Positions 39,265-47,700 of a DNA stretch of 64,000 bases are shown one piece after another. Under the pieces are notes generated by a model. That model was not told where the DNA came from and did no database searches. It worked only from the letters and a program-made list of their open reading frames with translations. How positions within the stretch are numbered: the stretch's first letter is position 1; each line of letters starts with the position of its first letter. The stretch is from Hyphochytrium catenoides (Eukaryota > Protista > Hyphochytriomycota): assembly GCA_900088475.1 (NCBI GenBank), contig FLMG01001458.1, positions 52,153-116,152 of the forward strand, in the 5' to 3' direction. The translations under genes were made by a program, and so were the position numbers.

Positions 39265-40239
39265 CTTTGACAGATTCTAATAAGCTGTTTCGAAGAGAAC
39301 GTCTAAAGCTTCAATAATCTTCGTTCTGAGATTGCGGAATGAAGACTGCAGACTGATGACAGGCAGGCAGAAGAAAGCGTTGAGCATGCTACAAACGTGC
39401 AAGGCAGCAGCTCCCCAGTCCCCGTTGCCCCACAGTCAGTCGGTTGATCAGAGCCAGAGAGNNNNNNNNNNNNNNNNNNNNNNNNNNNNNNNNNNNNNNN
39501 NNNNNNNNNNNNNNNNNNNNNNNNNNNNNNNNNNNNNNNNNNNNNNNNNNNNNNNNNNNNAGCGAACCAGACAGAGGAGGAGACAGAGTGAGTGGAAAAG
39601 GTAGTAAAGTCGATAGTAATGGGCGGGAAGAGAGGGAGAGAAACAGAGAGAGAGAGAGAGAGAAAGGAAGGAAGAAAGGGAGCTCCTTTGACTCCTCAGG
39701 CAACGTGCGAGGTTAATCATGTGACTGCCAGAGATATTGCGACTGGCAGACAGACTACAGAGGAGATACAAGCTAGATTGAGCAAATGACCAAGTAAATA
39801 GCGATAGAGCTGAGAAGTGCGCGGAAGCGCGAGTGTGAAAGAGATAACAGGAGTAAGATAAAGAGCACGCTTAGGAAACTAGTAAAATACAGTAACTGTG
39901 CAGGCCCTCACCAAATTGATCCTTAACTTTGGGCCCATCCATCCTTTAGTGGTATGCCCCCGTACAATGAGAATAAGAATATCGTTGTTGGAATAGTAAT
40001 ATTCAGGATGTCAATATACCTTAACAACCCTTTCGCACCACTTGGTCTAGAAGAAACGACGAAAGACCGAGTCACTTTCGGATTGACTAAAAAAATAAAC
40101 ATGGATTAGACCTTTTAGCGTACGGGTGGGCGAATGGGTACAGCCAGGAAATAAAATAATAAATGGTAACTGGTGAACTAGTGACGTTCCTTCCGTCCTC
40201 TTCCCAAGCTGAGGCCCTTTCTCAAAGGGTAAAAAGTTT

Positions 40240-40312
40240 CACCCACCGTGGGGCTCGAACCCACGACCACAAGGTTAAGAGCCTTGCGCTCTACCGACTG
40301 AGCTAGACGGGT
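40240..40312 (-). tRNA. tRNA-Lys(CUU), intronless
   Basis: Minus strand ACCCGTCTAGCTCAGTCGGTAGAGCGCAAGGCTCTTAACCTTGTGGTCGTGGGTTCGAGCCCCACGGTGGGTG. Full cloverleaf, CTT anticodon, A/B boxes, and a downstream TTTTT Pol III terminator. Confidence 0.97.
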
Positions 40313-41569
40313 TTTTGGTTGAAAGATACTGTAACTAATTAAGCCTTATAACCCTACCGTTTAGGTTTTAATGGCAGCTGCGCATAAATCTTCAAAAAAA
40401 CTTCTCTGTAGAGTCTCTGTATCAGACAAAGTGTACGTTATACTGCACTGAAGCTCCATCCGCCATCTGCCCGCTAGTAGAGCTGTGAGGAGGAACGGCA
40501 CGAAGCAAGCCCTCATGATGTAAACGGGGTAGAGCTTTGGGGGAGCGTCATCATCACACCTCGCTCATCTCAGCTGTCAGTGTGCGGCGCAGCACCCCTT
40601 GGCATTAGTATCTTGCAAAGCTGAAGACCGGTGCTTGGGTTCTCCTCCAGAGACCCACCACCCTGCTGTGCTTAATAAGGTATTGCCACACCTCACACAT
40701 CTCGCCACTGGAGAGAGGTAGGGCGAAGAATAACGGCTGAACTGAAACTGGATGATACCCGTCAAACTTTCTTGCACGGCAAAGCGCCAGGGTGATCCTT
40801 CAACGTGGCCTGGCCCAACCCCGCGTAATGACTAACTCCTGTTTCTTGTTGCGCCGCGTCACGTGGTGTCTTGCTTTCCGTTTTTGGACCTTCTCTTGTC
40901 CTCACTGTATGCGTTGTGCTCTATGCTGCCTCTCTTGTCTCTGTGAAGGATCTTAGTTCCAAACCTGCAGGCTCTTCGTCTTCTCTGACCGATGATTTGT
41001 ACTTCGAGTCGCTGTTCCCTCCTTTGGCGCTGCATGATAGAATCCCTTCACGCTGTTCATCACCATTCAGACATGCCCTCGGTTCCTCCTCAACACTCAG
41101 TCGTGTCCTCAGTAGTTCTTCATCGTTGCCCTTCTCCCACTCCATTTGTTTCTTGCCATGCTTTCTGCTCTCTAGGGTCTTCTTGGTCCATCTATTTACC
41201 TTTTTCATCAAGGGCCTAGTGATGCTGCTTGGTTCTACTTCCACACGTTAAAAGCCTTAACCTGTCCCTCTCCTTTCCCGTGCTGCCACTTATGCTGATA
41301 TTCCGGAGGGACCACTGTTTCACGTCCCTACCTCGTAGGGCAACTTGATAGAGTTAGAAAAAAAGGATGCAAAATGGGCGCAGCTGCTGTTCTTAGCTTC
41401 TTAACTCTAATAAATTGGGTCTCAACCGCAAGCTTCCTTCCGTCCCGAGTTGCCGCGCGTTGCGTTGACATTTGCTCACTCAGAGACTTGACAAGCTCTG
41501 TGAAGATCCAATTCCGCTTAGCTGACTGCTAACCTTGCGAGTGAATCTTGGGTGCTGCTTGTTGGGCAG

Positions 41570-41651
41570 GTTAGTTCATTTTTTCTTTGACCCGATACTG
41601 TCTCTCACAGCTGACTCTTCTCTTTTTTCTCTATCATTCCTCTGGCCATAG
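41570..41651 (+). other. Candidate 5' UTR intron of the helicase-AAA+ gene
   Basis: CAG|GTTAGT donor, CTGAC branch-like motif, pyrimidine tract and CATAG acceptor, matching the intron style elsewhere in the window. Confidence 0.4.
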
Positions 41652-41796
41652 AGCCCACAGCTTTAGCTAGAACATAGAGCGGCGTGAACGGAGCTTCTAA
41701 AAGGTCTCTCTTTACCTCTGTCAGAGCCATCACTGCGCACTCTTCGAGTCATATAACCGCTCTGAAGAGACGAGGACGTCAGAAAGCCGGTCAAGG

Positions 41797-44700
41797 ATGA
41801 GTTTCCTTATGGACTTCGACTCGATATTTGCAACAGAAAGTCCCTCGGGCCATGGGAACTCTAGGCGAGGCTTCTCTGGAGCCAGAGGCCGAGGCGGACG
41901 GTCTGGTGGGAGGAGGAGAGAGTTTCCTGCTGCAGGTTGGGCTCCTTCCACCCCGTATACTCTTCAAACTCCAAGCTGGTTCAATAAGATCCTAGATTCT
42001 GGGGAGACCAAGCCTTGGAATGTTGTCAGTGCAAAGCGGTTTGTTACAGTCGTCTTGGACTCGAAGCAGCCTTTGCTAATGCTTAGCCGGCTTACAACTA
42101 GCAACTTTGGCATGGCAGTGGTTCGAGATTGTCTTTCAGTTGAACCAGGCTCCTGCAAGTTCATGAATGAGGTGATTGTTCCCTTCCTGTCCTTCTTCGT
42201 CAAGGACAAAGGAATATCTGCTGGCTCTCACAGAGCCTTTCTCCTTTGCCTCCTGCGGACCGTGCGTGACGCCCCGTTCGACTTGTGGGACTCCGTTGTC
42301 CGAGCTGCAATTGCGAAGCAGCTCAACGACCCTCTAGTTATCGCATGGGTCATGCTGAGGCTGATCGAGGCACAGGATGATGATGAACAGGATGAGTCTA
42401 AGAGTGAGCTGGCACGGCTACATGCCCGTCTGTTGGCGTCTTCTCTGAAAGAAGGTTTGGACTCTATGACGACCAAACTTGAAGCAGAAGACTCGCCGCC
42501 CGTTATCGGCATTGATGACTTTTGTCGTGAACTAGAGAAGTTGCTGACTTTCTCTGAAGGTGGATGTGGCGGGCACGAAGAAGAAAAGAGCAGTAAAGGC
42601 CCCGGTGGTCGCCATTCCAATGATAAGCTGAACTTCCGTGAGATCCAGATCTATCCGACGGCAGGGGAGCTCTTATGCTCTGAGGATCCGTTTCTGCCTC
42701 TCACCGAAGACGTTCTAAGGGAGAAGTCTGATGTGTCTTACATGGACTGGCTCTTTCGCCTGCTAAGAGAGGATATCGTTGCATCTGTGCGCGATGAGAT
42801 CAAGGTGCTTCTAACGCCTAAGGACAAATTAAGTGCGGCTGAGTGGAAGCTTTATCGGCGCTTGGAAGCTCGCTCTGTGGATGTTTCGTCATTTGCAGGC
42901 ATCCAGTTTGCCCGCTCATCTTCTCCTTCTCTCCCGCCCTTTGGACTAAAAATGACCTTTGTCGTCCCCCAACAGCTGCAGCGAGAACTGAAGGAGGCTG
43001 CGAGGCGGGCGAGTAAGCTAAGAGGGACTGGGACACAGAAAGGAACCAAAGCGGAGGATTTGGAAGCAGCAGAGAGGTACAAAAGGAGACTATTCAGGGA
43101 TGCCATCAGAAGATACTGGGAGGCTAATCCCTTATTGCTCCAAAGGGAGAGCCTACTCGCCTTCATCTCCGCAGAGGGGCAGTTTAAGTGGCTGGGCGTC
43201 GTGTCACAGCGAACCGACAATGATCTCCAGAATGATGACAAGCCCTCCATATGCGTCTCTTTCCCTGATTCGGATGCCATCAATGACTTCACATCCCTGC
43301 TTTATGTGAAACAGACTGGCCTAAAGGCTTATCAACTCTCCGCTTCTTATTTCGCCTTCGCCCCAGTCCTGGAACGTCTGCAGTCCATTCACTGGCTGCC
43401 ATTCAAGGAGATCTTCTTGGATTGGCCTGAGTTTCCAGCACTAAACTCCGACGAGCGACCAAGGTATCAGACGGCAGCCTTTGATAGGCTCATACAATCT
43501 TTTCAAGCTTCGCAAGATGTGTCACAGTTGCTGAAGCTATCTAAGTCTGTCGTGTTAGATGAGCAACAGAAGCTGGCTGTCACTAAGGCCTTACAGATGC
43601 CAGTGGCTCTCATCCAAGGACCACCAGGGACAGGAAAGTCCTTCTGCGGTGCCCTTATCGCCAAGATTGTCCACGATTTCTCCGATGAGACGATTTTATG
43701 CATCTGCTATACCAACCACGCCCTCGACCAGTTCCTAGAGGATCTCTTAGATGCTGGGATGCCGGGTTCGGAGTTTCTACGTCTTGGCGGCGGCGAAAAG
43801 GTTACCGATCGCATCTTACCGCACACGATGGGTGAGCTGCAGCGAAGGGAGAGAGAGAGAAAGAAAGATAGAGATTTCAATAGAAGCTATGCCCAGTTGA
43901 AGACAAGGATTCAGGTATGCGAGGATGAATTGAGAGCCTTGGTAGAAGGGCGTACAGCTTCTGAGCTCCAGAACTCCACTAGATACTCTCATTTCTCCAA
44001 CTATATTGATGGTGATTGGCTGGAGAGCTTCCAAATGCCGATGGACGCCCTTGATATTGTTGGCAAGAAGGGAAAGCAGCTCCGAGAGGACTATCTCTGG
44101 CGCCGATGGGTAGCAGGCTCCGACCGTGGGCTAGTCTCATCAGTAGACGACCATGAAGACTTTGATGATACTAATGGAGTATGGGCAATGTCTCTGCAAG
44201 AGAGAGAGGCAAAGATCACGGCTTGGCGGAGAGAAATGATGGCCGACAAAGTGTACAAGCCATTCACAAGGAAGGTACGCGAGCTTGAGCTCTGGAAGGG
44301 AATGCTGGATGATCTACTATCACAAGGTACCAGTGAGCTATTAAAGAGGAAGCGAATCATTGGATGTACCACTACTGGCGCTGCCAAGTACCGTCGCGAG
44401 CTGCAAGCTGTGTCTGCAGGGGTCATTATAATGGAAGAGGCGGGAGAGATCTTGGAAGCACATGTCTTGTCCAGCTTGACGCCTAGCTGCAAGCACCTTA
44501 TCATGATTGGAGACCATCAGCAGCTGCGGCCTAAGGTCAACTCGTACTCACTTCAGGTGGAAAGTGGCGGGCCTTATGGGTTGAATCGTTCCCTCTTTGA
44601 GAGGCTGGCAATCGCAGATTATCCGCACGTGACACTGCAGTGGCAGCACAGGATGAGGCCTGAGATCTCTGAGCTGATACGGAAGCTGATGTACCCAGAG

Positions 44701-47700
44701 CTCAAGGACGCGAGTGGCACCAAAGGCCGTTCAGACCTCAAAGGCGCTTCCTCAAACATAATCTTCGTTGAACACAACGCCCCAGAGGGTAACTATCATG
44801 GCTTGGACGGGTCCGGTTGTAGCGGTCAACATGCAAACGACGCTCTTTCTAAGGTGAACTACGAGGAGGTACGCTGGGTGGCGAAGATAGCGCTCCATCT
44901 TCAGCGCCAAGGGTATGACGGAGACAAGATGGTGGTTTTAACTCCATACCTAGCTCAGCTGCATGCCATTCGGGATGAACTGTCTAAGGTCTTTGACATT
45001 GTAGTTGGTGAGCTCGATGCTGCCGATCTAGCTTACCAGGGTCTCAGCCAAGCAGCACCACCTCCCTCTAGACGAGCACTGCTCAGTTCGTTCCTGTCCC
45101 AGCAGAGAGGCAGAGGCCAATGGAAGATTCGTGTCGCCACAGTGGACAATTTTCAGGGCGAAGAGGCAGATATCGTGATTGCTTCCTTGGTCAGGAGCAA
45201 TGAGGAAGGTAAAGTGGGCTTCATGGGGCAGATCCAACGAGTCAACGTACTTCTGTCTCGTGCTCGTGACGCACTGATATTGGTGGGCAACAGGACTACC
45301 TTTGAGAACGCGAGGTCACCGCCAGGGGCTCGAAAGATGTGGCAATCGATCTTCGGAATGCTTGAACGTAAGCAGGCAGTTTACGGGGGCTTCCCCATTC
45401 AATGTCAAAGACATGGCACTCGCATTCTTGTCACTGCCCCCGACGACTTCTCAGAGCTATCCCCAGCAGGGGGTTGTGAGCTACTTTGCGGACTGCCTTT
45501 GGACTGCGGTCGCCATCAGTGTGACAAGGCATGTCACGCCAATGTAGACCATAGTCGGGTGAGGTGCCACCAGCCCGTCAAGTGGCAGTGTACTGTAGGT
45601 CATGACGTCTATTTGCCTTGTGATAGTCCTGCTGGTGCAGACCCGAATAAGAGCTGTCAGCAGTGTTTGGCCTTGCAAGAAGCCACGCAGAAGAAGCTTG
45701 ACAGGGAAGCAAAGCAAGCAGCACAGCAGCAGGAAGCCAAGAGGTTGATAAAGGCCAAACTAGAAGAACTCGAGCAGGAGAAGAAGAAGCTGCTGAATAT
45801 TCAACAGGAAGAGGCCACAGCTGTTCAGCTGGCTCACCTCGAACACCAACTTGAGCTCACTAAGAAGAAGCTTGAGCTGCGCACTTTAAGAAGCCAAGAC
45901 AACCGCGATGACCATGCGAGAGACATGAAGAGGAGGCTACAGGCCGAGATCAAGCAGCTCGAGATGTCTTTTAACAGCGGCAGTAGCGGTGGCGTCGCCC
46001 AAGAGCCTGCCACCCTCAATGACGCGCCGACACAAGCGCCATTAAATAGTGATGAAATAACTGAGCCGGAGTCTGGCGAGCGGAAAAGCCAACACACAGA
46101 GCTGCAGGAGGCTAGTCTAGTTGAAGAAGAGGACCTACATCATCTGGTGTCCCTGTCCTTCGAGCAGCAGCTGGATGCTCTACTGCTACAGCGTAATCCA
46201 GCCTTTCCGGTGCCGTGCCTACCAGGCGGAGCCACGTGGAAAGATGAACTCCAGGCAGGAGCGACGACGGCGTCCTTGCCAAGTCTCCTGATGCCTGGTA
46301 TCAACTTCACAGATGAGGAGGAGGGAGGCTGGCTTAAAGCCTACCAGTACCTGGATAAGCTCCGGATAGAGAAGTCTGTGGATGCGTCTTTGCAGTCTGA
46401 AGATATCCAGCTAACAAAGCAACTACTCTGCCTCCTTTGTCGCTCTCAATTGGCGGACTTCTCAGTTAAAAGCGATGTCGAAGCCCTACTTGGCCCTCAA
46501 CCCTGGAACCATGGCGTTAAGGGCAACCTTGTGCTCTACACTTTCTCCATGGCGATGCTGGTCCGAAGCCTGTACAACGAGAAGAAAAAGGAGGCTTACG
46601 TCCTTATTTTGGCTTTCCTAGGTCTGGCGAGACACGTCAGTGATGTCCCAAAACGTTGGTTGAGGCTGGCAGAAGACCTGAAGGAGCGCCTTGCGCAGGA
46701 GATCAAGGAAGCAGCGCAAAGAGCTCGCCTCGGTCTCTCTTCCTCTTCTCGAGAAGAGCCTCTTGAAGACCGCATTGCTCGGCAATGGAACGAGGAGAAA
46801 GGCCGGAGCGGTGCAATGAACGACGGTATGGAAGAGATGCTGAAGCTTTCAGGCTTGGGCTCGCTAAAGAAGCAGTTCCTAGACATCTACAACGCCATTA
46901 GCCATGCAAAGGAGCAAGGTAGAACGCTGAAGAAGCGCCTTAACATCTGTCTTTGCGGCAATCCTGGAACAGGCAAGACCACCGTGGCCCGCTGCTATGG
47001 CACTTTCCTCTTCCAGCTGGGCACGCTCTCGGGCAACTGCTTTGTGGAAACCACAGGCGCTAGACTTGTCCATGAGGGAGTTCAAGGGCTTGAGAAACTT
47101 CTTAAGCAGATTGAGGGCGACGGCGGCGGGCTGCTCTTTGTCGATGAGGCTTACCAGTTGAGCCCTCAGTCCGAGCCAAACGGGAGGCGTGTCCTTGATT
47201 ACCTGCTGGCGGAGATTGAGAACAAGATTGGCAGTCTAGCTGTGGCCTTTGCTGGATATCAGAAGAAGATAGAAAAGCTCCTGGAGCACAATGAGGGTCT
47301 TCCCAGCCGTTTTCCTTATCTCTTTGTCATTGAAGACTACTCGGACGAGCAGCTGCGTCAAATTTTTATCTCTTCTGTCGCTGCGGCCTTTGAAGAGACC
47401 AAGGCCGTTACCTTTGAGGGAGGCCCGAAGGGAGAGGCAGTGCAAATTCTAATGAGAAGGGTGGGTAGAGGGAGGGGCAGACCTGGTTTTGGAAATGCAC
47501 GAGCCGTAAAGATTGAGGTGGAGAGGATGTTTGAGCGCCAGGCGACACGTATCAAGGCGGAGAAAGACGCAGGACACAGCCCAGATGACTTCTATTTCTC
47601 TCGTGAGGACCTCCTAGGACCAGATCCCGTCACTTCCCTAGACCGATGCCCTGCGTGGGCGGAGCTTAAGCGTATGGTCGGCCTGAAGAGGGTGAAGGAG

